Origin: Eledone cirrhosa
Taxonomy: Eukaryota
Direction of reading: 5' to 3'
NCBI GenBank assembly: GCA_964016885.1
Contig: OZ024743.1
Coordinates: 94,984,001 to 95,048,000, forward strand
DNA length: 64,000 bases
Shown piece after piece: positions 30,195 to 43,967 of the stretch. The number at the start of each line of letters is the position of its first letter. The stretch's first letter is position 1. The notes beneath the pieces were generated by a model. The model did no database searches and was not told the origin of the DNA. It was given only the letters and a program-made list of their open reading frames with translations. The position numbers and the translations under genes are program-made.

Positions 30195-32420
30195 ATACGG
30201 AAATACGAATGGACTGTAAACAAATACTACAATGACAACATCTGCTCCCACAGACGGACCGACTACAACCACACCAGGGGCAACAGCTATACAACACCCT
30301 CCGCTACACCCCCCAACATCGATCTACCTACCAACGATGCTTCACACCTCGTTACCGACCTAACCGGTACCCTCACCAACGACGAACTCGAACTTCTGCG
30401 CCTCGGACCCAAGTTCATCATTACACAGCGTCTCGATGATAGACTGAAACTCGACATCGAAACCAACTTCTGTCGGACAGCATATCAACTGAAATGGCTA
30501 ACCGCCATCCAAAACAACACCGAGATCGATTACAACCCCACAACCCACCCCACACTCCCCACGTATCACCTCGACAACCCACTCCACCCCCCACCCAACA
30601 ACCACGAACTTGACACTAAACTACTCAGGTTGAAACATTCTATCTCTAACATCCTTTCCCAACACACACACACACACAATAAACGCAACCTCACCAATGC
30701 ACAATTTAATACTCTCACCAACCTAAGATCCAGGAACCTTGTGTACCTTCCCTCTGACAAGGGGAAAGAATTCTGTGTCATCTCGAGAGAGACCTACAAC
30801 AACTTAGCTCTCCAACATCTTAATGACCACAGCCTCTACTCGAAAGTCACAGGGACCTCCTCGACTCTAATCGAGGAAGGCATTAACATCATATGGACTA
30901 ACATCTGTGTCCAACGAAAACTGCCAAAGAAGGTAAAAAACAACATAATGACTCGAAACAGCAAACTACCCACCTTCTACCACCTGGTTAAAACACATAA
31001 ACAAGGACCCGATTTGAAAATCAGGCCCATTGTCTCTAGCGTGGAGGGCCCACTCTACAAAATATCGTGGCTGCTCTCCACACTACTGAAACCCATTCTA
31101 CACACACTACCAGCCCACGTCTGCAGCTCAAAGGAGGTCTTGGAGCGACTACACCATCTGGCGCCCAACACCAGAAAGGACAACGGTTATGCCTTCAGTC
31201 TTGATGTGGTCGCCCTTTATACCTCCGTACCAGCATCCCCAGCTGTCGACCTGTTGACCGAACGAGTCCGAGCATCTAACTTACACTGCTTCGGACTCAC
31301 ACACACGGACATCCACCAACTCCTCTCCTTCGTTGTGGATAATGCACTCTTCAATTTCCTCGGCCACACGTACAAACAAATCTCTGGGCTACCTATGGGC
31401 TCTAGTCTGTCCGGCATACTTGCGATCTCGTACATGGACCACCTGGAACGCAAGACACTCAATACCTGCCAACCCAACGCCGTCGCCTTCTACTCCAGAT
31501 ACGTTGATGACATCCTGATACTTACTTCTTCCCGTGAGATGGCGAATGAAATTCACCAAATCTTCAACGATACTGACCATCACGTCGATTTCACCATCGA
31601 ACACCCAGGAGAAGACGGGTCACTCGCCCTCCTCGACTTCCGTATAAACATCTCGGAAGAAGGAGACATAAACACCACCTTCTACCGCAAAGCAGCGTGC
31701 AAGGACTTATTTGTCCATTACAACTCAGCCCTCCCCAACAACGCTAAGAGAGGCTATGTCCTAAATGAACTGACACGGATCACTAACAGATGCAGCGACC
31801 CGATGGGTGGTCTCACCCATACCACGCAATTCCGTAATCTACTCAGATCTAATGGTTATCCCAAGCGACTGATTAACGGAATTAGAGACCCCAGACCCAA
31901 TAGACAGACACCCACTAGAAACTTAAATAAAAGCAGGGCCTTCTTTAAAATCCCCCACCTGAGTGAATATACCACGAACGCCATCCGCAGGGCCATACGG
32001 ACGGAGGGACTTGACATACATTTGGCCCACACAGGACCTTCGCTGCGAAGATGCCTCTCCAACAAACCCGACGAGTCAGATGGGACGTGTTCCCTCAGCA
32101 ACTGCCCGATACGGGGGGCAGATTGCCTACGCACCTATGTCGTATATAAGATTCAATGCGATAAATGTAACAAGTTTTACATAGGTAGCACCATCCGACC
32201 CCTACATGTTCGTATCAAGGAACATATCAACACCAACGCATCTTCCTTCCGTAAACACATCCTTAAATGCGGAAACCCACAGGGTAGACCCTTGGTCACA
32301 GTCCTAGCGACTGAACGCAGCATCGGATCCTTAAGGATAAAGGAAGCACTTGTTATTAAGAACCTCAGACCCCCACTTAACAACCGGGCTGAGAGAAATG
32401 AGCTGACATGGCTAACTTAA
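30195..32420 (+). CDS. PLE RT + GIY-YIG ORF, uninterrupted (~741 codons), no ATG start, abuts (TA)n
   Basis: Frame is open from 30195 (ELELLRLGPKF lies upstream of the TTG at 30630). PSDKG, KTHK..IRPIVS, FSLDVVALYTSVP, GLPMGSSLS, RYVDD, YRK, CSLSNCP..C..VVY..CDKC..YIGST..RIKEH. Confidence 0.92.
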   Translation: MRKYEWTVNKYYNDNICSHRRTDYNHTRGNSYTTPSATPPNIDLPTNDASHLVTDLTGTLTNDELELLRLGPKFIITQRLDDRLKLDIETNFCRTAYQLKWLTAIQNNTEIDYNPTTHPTLPTYHLDNPLHPPPNNHELDTKLLRLKHSISNILSQHTHTHNKRNLTNAQFNTLTNLRSRNLVYLPSDKGKEFCVISRETYNNLALQHLNDHSLYSKVTGTSSTLIEEGINIIWTNICVQRKLPKKVKNNIMTRNSKLPTFYHLVKTHKQGPDLKIRPIVSSVEGPLYKISWLLSTLLKPILHTLPAHVCSSKEVLERLHHLAPNTRKDNGYAFSLDVVALYTSVPASPAVDLLTERVRASNLHCFGLTHTDIHQLLSFVVDNALFNFLGHTYKQISGLPMGSSLSGILAISYMDHLERKTLNTCQPNAVAFYSRYVDDILILTSSREMANEIHQIFNDTDHHVDFTIEHPGEDGSLALLDFRINISEEGDINTTFYRKAACKDLFVHYNSALPNNAKRGYVLNELTRITNRCSDPMGGLTHTTQFRNLLRSNGYPKRLINGIRDPRPNRQTPTRNLNKSRAFFKIPHLSEYTTNAIRRAIRTEGLDIHLAHTGPSLRRCLSNKPDESDGTCSLSNCPIRGADCLRTYVVYKIQCDKCNKFYIGSTIRPLHVRIKEHINTNASSFRKHILKCGNPQGRPLVTVLATERSIGSLRIKEALVIKNLRPPLNNRAERNELTWLT

Positions 32421-33021
32421 CCATAGTGACCATTCACAGCCTACGGCCTGCTATCTTCACACACACGCACGTATATGCATACCCATACGCATACACACAC
32501 ACATCTATATTTATACACGCACACATGTTTTTACAACCTACCACCTTTCACACCCTTTGATTTCCAGCTTCTACAGCCCACTATCTTTCACACACACACG
32601 CACTCACACATATACACACACAGTTACACACACATGTATACCCATACGCTTACACACACATCTATATTTATACACGCACACATGTTTTACAACCTACCAC
32701 CTTTCACACCCTTTGATTTCCAGCTTCTACAGCCCACTATCTTTCACACACACACACACTCACACATATACACACTTACACTTATACACACACAGTTACA
32801 CAGACATATATATTTACACACACATATTTTACGGCTTTCACACGCTAGCGCACCCTCTTGATTTAACCCATTTGGTCAGTAGCTTTTGCCACAGCCTATT
32901 ACGCGCACGCGCATTCTTTCCCTCGTTTAAATTTTAAATAATTTTCTCCCCATAACGGCATTCCTGTCTTAACGACATCACAACTTTCTCCGCTTGGCCT
33001 GTTCCCCCCCCTTTGGAACTT

Positions 33022-33057
33022 TCCCCCGTTGATGGGCGTGAGCCCGAAATATTGGGA
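33022..33057 (+). ncRNA. Degenerate minimal hammerhead in PLE 3' UTR
   Basis: tccc CCGTTGA t-gggc-gtga-gccc GAAA ta TT ggga. Confidence 0.5.
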
Positions 33058-33270
33058 TTAAATCTCCACTACGGTAACCCTTCTACCTTTGTTTTGTTTT
33101 CATCTTTGTCTCTCTCAATTTTCACTTTCACCTGTTTCTCCTATCTATCATTCACTTCCTACCTCGAGATTTCCCTCTGCATTGTTGTGGCTTTCTTAAC
33201 TACGTATTTTACACATTTCACAATGCTTCAAGCAAACTTTAACACCCTCTTATTTATATATATATATATT

Positions 33271-33303
<33 letters not shown>

Positions 33304-33322
33304 ATTTATATATATATATATT

Positions 33323-33445
<123 letters not shown>

Positions 33446-33654
33446 CAGTTAATTACTCAATTTTTTCGCCGCTCTATTTCTCCATACGTGTCTTCCTTTA
33501 TATTTGTCTTTCCTTTTCTCCATTACTCTAAAATTTCGTCTTATAATATCAATGTATTTTGTTGCGGAAGAATAAATCTTCTTTAATTTGTTATTGATAA
33601 AGATGATTATTTAACTGTAGTTTGTTTTTTCTTGTTATTTCTTTTTGTATCGTA

Positions 33655-33835
33655 TATAATTGTTTCTACTTTTAGCACAAGGCCAGCAATTATTTCAGTG
33701 CATTACTGGTACTTTATTTTATCGACCCCGTAAGGATGAAAGGCAAAGTTAACCTCGGCTGGATTTGAACTCAGATCGTAAAGGGACGTAACTATGCCGG
33801 AAAGCATGTCCGACCCTCTACCGATACTGCCAAAT
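33655..33835 (-). mobile_element. tRNA-derived SINE (family 1)
   Basis: tggcagtatcgg A box, gagttcaaatc B box, gcctttcatcctt..gtcgataaaataaagtaccag body. Confidence 0.8.
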
Positions 33836-35207
33836 GTGCAACAGAAAGACAAAGAAACGAAAGAACTGCTGTAAACCTTATGAAAGCCGTTCTTCAGGTT
33901 TTTACAAAGCTCTGTATGTTGCATTTCAATTAAAATCTCATTTATTTATCCATTGCTTCTCTGAAGGCTAGAACTAAATGAATATGACAAACAGCTTATA
34001 TTCAGTTAACACATGCACGAATGATCCATTGAACTATAGTACAACATAAAATGCTGCCGAGAAATAGATGCTGCAACCCACTATTATTGCTGTATTATTT
34101 TTCCAGGAAACAAAATGTGATTTTAATGGCTGTATGTATGAATAAATATATTGATAGATCTGGATGGTTATTGAAATAATAACTATACTAGAGCTGATCG
34201 ATAAACGGGAAGCTGAAATATAAGAGAAGTGTGTATTCATACTTAATATGAGTTCTTTATAACTAGTGTAAAACGAAACCATACAATATGTCTTTAGAAT
34301 AGAAAGAATAGAATAAAACTTATAGATATTTCTTCTGATAGATATCGCATTTTAAACGAATACAAATTTAGTTAGATATATAGGTAGATATAAGTATTCG
34401 TATCACAATTTTATTGTTAACAGTTGAAGTCCAATTATTGATATAATTTTGATTTTCATACAGATATATAATTGGAAACCTGAACAGCAGTACTAGTTTC
34501 TCAGAATATAGTCTTTCTCTAATTTTGGTCCTCACACGTATCAGGAACAACAGATCTTCCTCATAATGTATTATATTTAACATTGTTGTCTGAGATAAAG
34601 AAATCAGTTATTTTAAAATCACATTTCTTAATCCTGCAACTTGAGAAATATTGAGCACTTTTCATAAGTACGTCACAAATCTAAGAGTTGGAGATTTTAA
34701 CTTGCTAACAGTTGTAACTTTATTTGATATATATTGTATTATGTATGGGCTCCTAGCTCCTGATTTAAAGACCCCGTAGGGACCTACAGCCTGTCATGAG
34801 CATTTTAAACCAGACATGGCAAGAAATAATGTGTTAGAGAAGAAATGAGAAAGAGATATAGAAGAAGAATCAATCCCACTACTGGACTGATACTTTTTTA
34901 TCGACCTTCACAGCGTATTGATCCATCTACGGTACTCTTACACAAGGTGCTGCGCTGTGGTATCGAAATTCTAACCACATGATCATGCTTCGAAAATAAA
35001 AGAAAATAATTATTTCTAACATTGGCAGAAAACATTTTGTGGAGCAGTAGCTCTATTCTCGTACTTTACTACTACATTTTTACCAACCTCGGAAAAGTGA
35101 ATAACAAAGTTGACTTGGCGAGATTTGAACTTTGAATGTAAATATTGGAAACAAATGAAGGAGGTGTCAATCTCCCGCCCTTAGAATAAAATAAGGTAAT
35201 GGCAAGT

Positions 35208-35432
35208 AATAATTGTTACTACTTTTGGCACAAGGCCAGCTTTTGGAGGGAGGGGAAAGTCGATTAAATCGACCCCAGTACGTGACTGGTACTTTATTTT
35301 ATCGACCCCTTAAGGACGAAAGGCAAAGTTAGCCTCGGCGGGATTTGAACTCAGATCATAAAGGGTCATAACTCTATGCGTCAAAGCATGGTGTGCGACC
35401 CTCTACCGATACTGCCAATCCACCGCCCTTGG
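35208..35432 (-). mobile_element. tRNA-derived SINE (family 1), full-length, with ggcaagtaataat direct repeat flanks
   Basis: Same family. ggcaagtaataat at 35201 and 35431 is a candidate TSD. Confidence 0.85.
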
Positions 35433-36779
35433 CAAGTAATAATAACGGTTCAGTATAGAATGCAATATTAGACTTAAATGTTCTTCACTCTACGTATTTT
35501 CTGTTCTTCAATGACGGTGCGTCTCCCTTGCTGTCCCCCGGGGAAACGCCTTCTCCATTCTGTCCGCCGGGGCTGTGGGGAGACAAGCATATTACGAATT
35601 CTGTTGAATAGTCTTAAATACTTCAATACTTTGAGAAGTGTTTCCTATGTAAAGTTGTCATTATAATTAAATATATTAGTTATGACATATTTAATTATTT
35701 ATATTTATGCATACACTAGGACGATATAGTTTACATATGTGTAGCAGATTCTTTACATTCTACAATAAAAGTTGATATTTAAAGCATATTTCATTCACAT
35801 ATATGTTCTTGCTATTTCGCAATCTACACATTGACTATGTATCTAAGTTTAGCTATCCATACATACACTAACAACAATTATGCAGAATAAGTTAAACATT
35901 TTATACGATTGTAAATATAATAGAAAATCTTGATAAAACTAGAAATCTTACCTGAACACTACTGAAAATGATAGAGACATTTCAACTCCATAACTCTTAT
36001 TAACCTTTCGATGAATAAAAACTTTTTAAGAACTATAAACTGGGATATATATGTTTTTGACAAATTACTAGTTTTAAAATACCAAAAGAATGAAACAAAA
36101 AAAAAGATAGGAGCTTAAATTATTTCAAAATTTTCATTGTAATCTTGAAGTTGTGTTCATTTTCAAAAGATCCTTTCTAAACTTGTATCTATCTTGGACA
36201 CTGAACATTCTCCCAATAAAAAAATCCATAATAAGTGATCTGCAGATAAACGAGGAATATTTATCGATTTATTTCAGTGGTTAATCGTTAACATTATGAT
36301 CTTGTTAGATTGAATCAATCAATCTGGAAAAACAAATGTCTTCTCTGTGCTCAACAAACACTTTAAATTTCATCTTACTATGATGCAGGCACAACTGTCG
36401 ACTTTCACACCCACATAAACTCTACAATAATATGAAAAATCAAATTTATTACAGATCTTGATTATTTCATATATGAGCTGTTCTTAGAAATTCCATCAGA
36501 ACTAAAACTATTTCCTTTGACATTAGTAGGCCAGGTCATTTGTGATAAAAATAACATGTATGAGGGTCGGCTGAAAGGTTCATAAGCTGACCAAGATACT
36601 TTCATGGAATTACCAAATGAAGTTTATTTTCCAACATAGTCCCTGGAAAGATACAATGTAGTTATTAATAAGAACAGTTGAAATGCATCCGTCCTTCATA
36701 GTCAGCCTATGAACATTTCAGCCAACTCTTGTATGTTGTATCATCAGGAAATCCTCTTTTGCTGTGTTTTCGTATTACA

Positions 36780-37360
36780 TTCTTAGGGCGGAGTATTGGC
36801 AGAATTTATTAAAGCTTTGGAAAGAATACTTTGAGACATTTATTAAGGATCACTTAGATTCTAGGTTCAATCCAACCATGGTCAACTTTGTCCTTTATCC
36901 TCCCCTGGTCGATCAAAATAGAGCACCAGGAATGTACTGGAATCGATATAATTGATTTTCTTCTCTCCTTTGCTGGACATATCCCTAAATTAGAAACCAG
37001 TATCGGTAGAGAGTCGGACGCCATAGTTTGCAGCATAGTTACGTCCCTTTACGGTCTGAGTTCAAATCCCCCCGAGGTTAACTTTGCCTTTCATCCTTAC
37101 GAGGTCGATAAAATAAAGTACCAGTAATGTACTGGGTAATTGCTGGCCTTGTGCCAAAAGTAGAAACCATTATTAAGGGCAGCATCTTTAGAACATCGGA
37201 CAAATGCTCAACAGTGTTTATTCTGAGTTCCAGTTCCGGCGAGTTTAGCGTTACCTTTCATACTTCTGAGGTCGATAAAATAAAGTACCAGTAAAATACT
37301 GGAGTCGATATTATTGATTCCCCGCCCCTCAAATTGCTGGCGCTGTGCCAATGCTAGAAA
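36780..37360 (+). mobile_element. Cluster of family 1 SINE copies
   Basis: Three consecutive copies of differing age. The best preserved is 36999-37173. Confidence 0.75.
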
Positions 37361-38007
37361 GAATATTTATATAAACCATGAAAAGTAACAAATTAAATGT
37401 ATATTCTGATGAAAATGTTATTGAACTATAAAAAGAAACAAAAGAAATAGTACCAAATTAAACTGTGATTAATCAAATTAGAAAGACTGCATAGGAATCA
37501 AAACCAATGTTTATGTAAAGTATCATACGTTCCTCAAATAACACATTGAAGCTGATTCCATGAAAATCCTTGAATAAGAAATAGCTACAAATAATCTATG
37601 AACCTTAACATGTGAAACAAATATGTCACTTATGCAAACATATAGGCAATAGTAGAATTGATATAAGTAAATAGCCTGCACGTTCGGCAGTAATTTCTCC
37701 TAGACAAACTATCACACTTTTTAAACAAACTATCACATTCATAAAGTGTTAACGAATACAAAATTACTTTTTCTTCTCATTTCTTCGTCACGTAACTCGT
37801 TTTTTTTTTTTATCTAATTAAGAGAAAGAATTGAGTGCTTTTCTTATATCACAAGACTTCAGTTATATGTTGTGCTGATGACGCTTTAAAACTTGAGTAA
37901 ATCTTTCAGAATAACAGTCTTAAACAGCTGTTGGCTATAATAGTTGGCAAACGTGACCAAGCTTGCTAATCTTCACACATTTATAGTCCTTCTATTACAT
38001 AGTTTAG

Positions 38008-38290
38008 TGAAGGCGCATGGCTTAGTGGTTAGGGTGGTCGGCTCACGATCATGAGAACGTGTGTTCAACTCCTGTTGGCACATTGTCCCCTTGAGCAAGA
38101 CACTATATTTCACATTACTCCAGTCAACTGGCAAAAACGTGTTGTATCTGTGAACCTCCGTGAAAACTACATTAAAGACCCGCGTGTCTATAGACTACTC
38201 AGCCACTTATATGATCATTTCACGAGCAGGTTGTGTTTCATTGTTCGTATAACTGGAAGACTTGTCGCCGGAACTGCCGGAAGTCCAATA
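38008..38290 (+). mobile_element. tRNA-derived SINE (family 2)
   Basis: gaaggcgcatggcttagtggttag..gttcaactc..cttgagcaagacacta. Confidence 0.75.
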
Positions 38291-38786
38291 GACAACACCA
38301 CGTGATTTGATAGTCGAAAGCCTTTCATTAGACACCGTGTTCGTATAATAAATCTGCTCTATTAACCGAGCAGTATCAAGCATAATCATACGTCACGTGC
38401 GTTTGTATATTTATATAGATATTTATGTCTGACACACACACACAGTCCTGGGTTCTAACTCTATATGTGTCCATGTAATTAGCTATTTCTCAAATATTAC
38501 TCGTATATTTAATCCTGTATGTTATTTCTATTTCCATGTTGAAATTTTATGTAATTATATCATTTTATCTTTAATCACTTCAAAGTGTTAGTAACATAAA
38601 TTATATGCTAACTCTTATGCAAACAATTTATCAAGATATATCTATTCCCTCTATCTTTCTGTCTATCTCTTCGTCTATCTCCATCGTTCTAATCCCCATC
38701 TTTCTGCTTTCCCTCTCTTCCCCCCTCTCTCTATAAACTCCTAATTTCTCATCTCTCTTTCTCCCCCTCTCTCACGTTCCCCTGTA

Positions 38787-39015
38787 CAGTGGCGGACGGA
38801 CGAGGTAAAAAAATATTGGTTGCTAGTAGATGAAGGGGGCCTACCTACATATGAAATGCTATCATTTAATTTTTATAATGAATAAATAACATTTTCAGAA
38901 AATATATAAGTGGAAACAAAACAGTACAATCAAATTTTTGCGGAAAAATATCTTACCTTCTCCAATAAAAAATATTATTTATTTTGCGAAATCCAGAGAC
39001 TTTTAATAATGACCA
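38787..39015 (+). mobile_element. hAT-like MITE end; second copy at 43448-43653
   Basis: Starts cagtggcggac / cagtgggggac. About 200 bp shared between the loci. Confidence 0.55.
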
Positions 39016-39630
39016 GAAGTTGACCCTAAATATGACTAATAGCTCCAGGAGAGTCATGAACGACACCACATCTTTCTAACTTTGATTTTGAAAGTAGGTT
39101 TATAATTATCAATTTTCATTTTGCGTTCGTAGCGGTCTCGGTGGTCTAGTTGGTGGAGTCATAGACAGTGGTGATCCAGGTCTGAAGTTCGATCCTGGTC
39201 GGGAGTAGGGTTCCCGGTAAACCTTTTCAATTTTTTTCTATTGGTTGTAAAAAAACCCTGGAAAAGGTTATATGTACCTCTTGATCAGGATTGAACCCAA
39301 AGACAGGACCTCAATGTCTCTACTACCTACCGCTAGTCCACAGAGAAAACTGCGAAAGGCTTATGAACATTCATACTTATAAACTTACTTTCTAAATTTT
39401 CAATACAAAATGATGTGGTGTTGTTCATGCCTTTCTTAATGTTATTGCTCCTACTTTAGGTCGACTTCTAAATCATTTGGATGTTCCACAAAGTACATTT
39501 TGTTTCATATCTATCTAGACTACATTTGAACCTGTAATCCATGTTTCATTTCTATTTCACCTCATTTCTCTTTTGCTATCTCTCTCTCTCTCTTTCTCTC
39601 GCTTCCTCTCTCTCTCTTCCTCTCTCTCTC

Positions 39631-39669
<39 letters not shown>

Positions 39670-39678
39670 CTATCTTTC

Positions 39679-39709
<31 letters not shown>

Positions 39710-39856
39710 TTCTCTCTCTCTCTCTCTCCATCCCTCTCTATCTCTCTCTCGTTCTCTGATATTTGAATCTACTCTGATTGGGCTTACCTTATTCCTATAT
39801 ATATGTTTTTGCATGTCACTTAGATTCAAACTTACAATAATTGCCATTATATAATT

Positions 39857-39992
<136 letters not shown>

Positions 39993-40050
39993 TTATATAT
40001 ATATCACAGAAAAAAGAGAATCAGTGTTGCGACGAAAGGAATTTATTGGA

Positions 40051-40142
40051 CATATTACAAATGTTTCTCGGGCGACCAACTCGAGGCACGATCGATATGA
40101 TGATCACACCTGACTCCGAAATCAACACGGTCGTCAGATACG
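40051..40142 (-). ncRNA. Hammerhead with long, decayed stem II, inside a small inverted duplication (40001-40290)
   Basis: cgtat CTGACGA ccg...cccga GAAA catttg TA atatg. Confidence 0.55.
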
Positions 40143-40289
40143 TCTCGATTCTACGAAGCAGATTTTCCTATAGATTCCTTTCGTCGCAACACTGACTATC
40201 TTTTTTTCTGTGATATCATACTCTGCTCTACGAGGGCATTGAGTGCTCATACGGGCTACCGCACATGGACGCTTTAAGCATCCAACACC

Positions 40290-40338
<49 letters not shown>

Positions 40339-40376
40339 TAAGTATTAATAAAATAGATGTTCTTTTGATCAATTAC

Positions 40377-40429
40377 ATTTTATTATACATATTTCGGATG
40401 TACAACAGTACGTCCTCATCAGACAAAAT
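40377..40429 (-). ncRNA. Minimal type I hammerhead, inverted upstream of the PLE
   Basis: attttgt CTGATGA ggacgtac-tgtt-gtacatcc GAAA tatgta TA ataaaat. Confidence 0.8.
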
Positions 40430-40589
40430 ATAATGATACATGACATACCCTGAGATGTTAAATGGTTAAGATTTAATCAAGGTAGTGATTACCCTATAGA
40501 AAATTTTACTTATATAATATCTGTGTGAGAGTGCGAAAACGTTATGAATTCATTAGAGAATGTGTGAGTAAGATAAAACGTTGCATACT

Positions 40590-42220
40590 TAAAGTGTTCT
40601 AAAATTTTAAATTGTATGATACTACAATATATCAATGGAAACGTCTCATGGGTCATAACATTGAAGATAAGAAAAACTATAAATTCATCCAGATGGATAT
40701 CACTAGCTACTATTCTTCTATAACACATAAACTTCTAAATAAGGCCCTCTCATATGCTTATAAGCATACTGATCTAACCACAAATGAAATATATATAATT
40801 TTAACAGCCAGAAGAACTCTCATTAACTTCAATAACGAATTTTGGACACGCTCAGATAGAGATAGAAACTTTGATATCATTATGGAGGCATCTGATTCCG
40901 AGCAAATCACAGATCTTCTGGGAATTTTCATATTAAACATGATAAATAGAAAACTGCCGGAGATTACCGGTCGTTTATATAGAGATGACATTTTATTTAT
41001 GGTGGTCAAACACAATAATATAGAATTAAATAGAGTTAAGAAAAGTATAATAGAATTCTTAAAAACGTACGACCTTAAATTGGAAGTAGAAAATTGTACC
41101 AAAATAGTTAATTTCCTTGACGTTACCTTTAACTTAAACACTGGCTTCTATTACCATTTTCATAAGCCTAATGAAAACTTAAACTATGTTAGTAACTATT
41201 CAAATCACCCTAGATCTGTAAAAAAAGCTATAGTAAATAGTGTGCAAAAACGTATTAATAAAATATCAGCTAATAAAGATATATTTGATAAACCTGCGGA
41301 ATATTACAACAACGCGTTAAAAAGAGCAGGATATATGAATAATATAGAATATGTAGATAATAACAATCCAACTATTATTCCTAATAATAATAATAAAAAT
41401 AATAACATATATAAGAGTAACTCTAATAATTATAACTCAAACACACATACGCTAAATAAATCGAGAATACGAACTAGATCTAAACCAGTCATATGGTTTG
41501 CACCCCTAGCTTCGGTCGCAGTTAAAACACCAATTGCTAAACTATTCTTTAAAGCTCTTGACACCTCTTTCCCTACTCAACATAAATACCATTCCATTTT
41601 TAATAGACATACCATTAAATTCGCAAATTCTACAACCAGTAACATGGTCCAAAACATCGCCAAATTAAACGCCAAAATCCTAAAACCAAACCAACATAAT
41701 GATCATAATAATAGAGTTAACATTAATGATACTAAACTAAATTGTAATTGTAGAAATAAAAGTAATTGCCCTTTGCAAAATAATTGTTTAGATAGTAATT
41801 TGGTTTATAAATGCACCGTAAAAACTGACCATAAAACATACAATTACATTGGATCAACCTCGTCCACATTCAAACTTCGTTTCGCGAACCATAAATGCTC
41901 ATTCTCAAACTCTAAGAAGAAATCATCCACGTCTTTATCACAGCTCATATGGTCTTTAAAAGAGAGGAATACTCCATTCTTTGGACAAAACTTTGGAACT
42001 GTGGAATTTACCGCAACTCTAGTATATCAAATAACTGCCCGCTCTGTACAATGGAGACCCTGTTGATTATTAATAATTATGAGACCTTAATTAACAAAAA
42101 AAAGTGAATTATTCTCTAATTGCCTCCATAAAGCTATGTCCACTTTCTTAGCCTCACGTAAAACGAGAAAGAAAGAACCAATAACAACTCGGTTACCACG
42201 AATATATAATCAACAGTAAA
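40590..42220 (+). pseudogene. Hydra-clade-like PLE RT + GIY-YIG, degenerate
   Basis: FIQMDITSYYSSI, FDIIMEASDS (G>E), LYRDD, FHKPN..SNHP, CNCRNKSNCPL..NLVY..YIGST. Frameshifts near 41980 and 42100 (CPLCTME..CLH continues in other frames). Confidence 0.88.
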
Positions 42221-42548
42221 AAACACCAATGGCCTTTAATATTGCTTTATTTTATAAATATCTATAGAAAAAAACAACGTTAGAATGAATGACAATATTT
42301 CAATTAGCATGCCTAAACATTGATACACACAACTTTATTTGTTAACTTTGATCAACACCATCATTTATCTATAATTTAGTACAATACCTTATCCTTGCAT
42401 ATCTATTGAATTTATTTAACAGTGAATTTTTAATACATTTGTAATCTCTTTTAAATTTTGTTTTAATACCCAATCCAAAAATGTTTACGAAACTTATCTA
42501 TAACTCAAAATTTTAATGACTTTTTGATCTATTATTTATAATAGATAT

Positions 42549-42698
42549 CGCAAAAACACCGACAAAACCATAACAGTTAGGATAGAAGCTAAGGAAAGAA
42601 ACCTCGGCAATCTTAGAATTAAGGAAGCACTAATTATAGACAAAACACAACCACCAATCAATAATAGATTAGAACTCAACACCCAATTTATAACTTGA
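42549..42698 (+). pseudogene. GIY-YIG C-terminal fragment related to the 30195-32420 PLE; 3' UTR to about 43395
   Basis: ITVRIEAKERNLGNLRIKEALIIDKTQPPINNRLE vs VTVLATERSIGSLRIKEALVIKNLRPPLNNRAE. Confidence 0.8.
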
Positions 42699-42757
42699 TA
42701 GAGCATCTAGCCCCATATTTACAACCCCCTCCCACATACACGCACACACACACGCAT

Positions 42758-42878
<121 letters not shown>

Positions 42879-43199
42879 TACACCTCCACTTATTCTCTCT
42901 CAAACACACACATACACACACAAAGACCCGTTCTAACACGAGATAACATCTATCACCCACATTTACGTATAGACATATCTTCTCACACTCACACACACAA
43001 ACACACATACTTACACCTTCACGCTTTCTCCCACACAATTAAACAGGCATGTAAAAAAAAAACCCTTTTAAAGGGAGACTACTCTTTATCCACCTAACCT
43101 TAACTCTTTGACATTAGAGATAGAACAGATACTCTATACCATTTCCTGTCAGCATGACTTGGCAAGCTATTTAGAACACTGGTTTAACCACTTTACTTC

Positions 43200-43234
43200 C
43201 CTCCGAAGAAGAGATATTATCTCGAAAATTAAGG
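43200..43234 (+). ncRNA. Minimal hammerhead, U4C variant
   Basis: cct CCGAAGA a-gagat-att-atctc GAAA at TA agg. Confidence 0.6.
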
Positions 43235-43394
43235 ACATTTAAATAAATCTAAGGTAAAAGACTAATTGTCAACAATATCTTTTGCATTTGCATTCTTTAT
43301 TCTATGTCCATACCTGCATTGTTTTGGATTTATTATACATATACAAACGTTTATACCTCATTACACAATGATTCAAGTGAACTATAACTTCCTC

Positions 43395-43447
<53 letters not shown>

Positions 43448-43685
43448 CAGTGGGGGACTAGGTAAAAAAATGTTGGTTGCCACCTACATATAGAATGCTA
43501 TCATTTAATTTTTATAATGAATAAATAACATTTTCAAAAAATACATAAGTGGAAACAAAACAGTGCAATCAAATTTTTGCGGAAAAATATCTTACTTTTT
43601 CCAATACAAAATAATATTTATTTTGCGAAATCCAGAGACTTTCAATAATGACCTTTGTGCGTGTGCGTGTGTGCGTGTGTGTATA

Positions 43686-43858
<173 letters not shown>

Positions 43859-43929
43859 CACTAATTGATTTGACAGATGTGTTTAACCCATTGATACCAA
43901 ATATTATTTGGTCAGTAGTTGGTGTGTAA

Positions 43930-43967
<38 letters not shown>

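Noticed and set aside
39132-39205. tRNA gene
   Set aside because: A/B boxes are present but I could not build a cloverleaf. It is embedded in a repeat.
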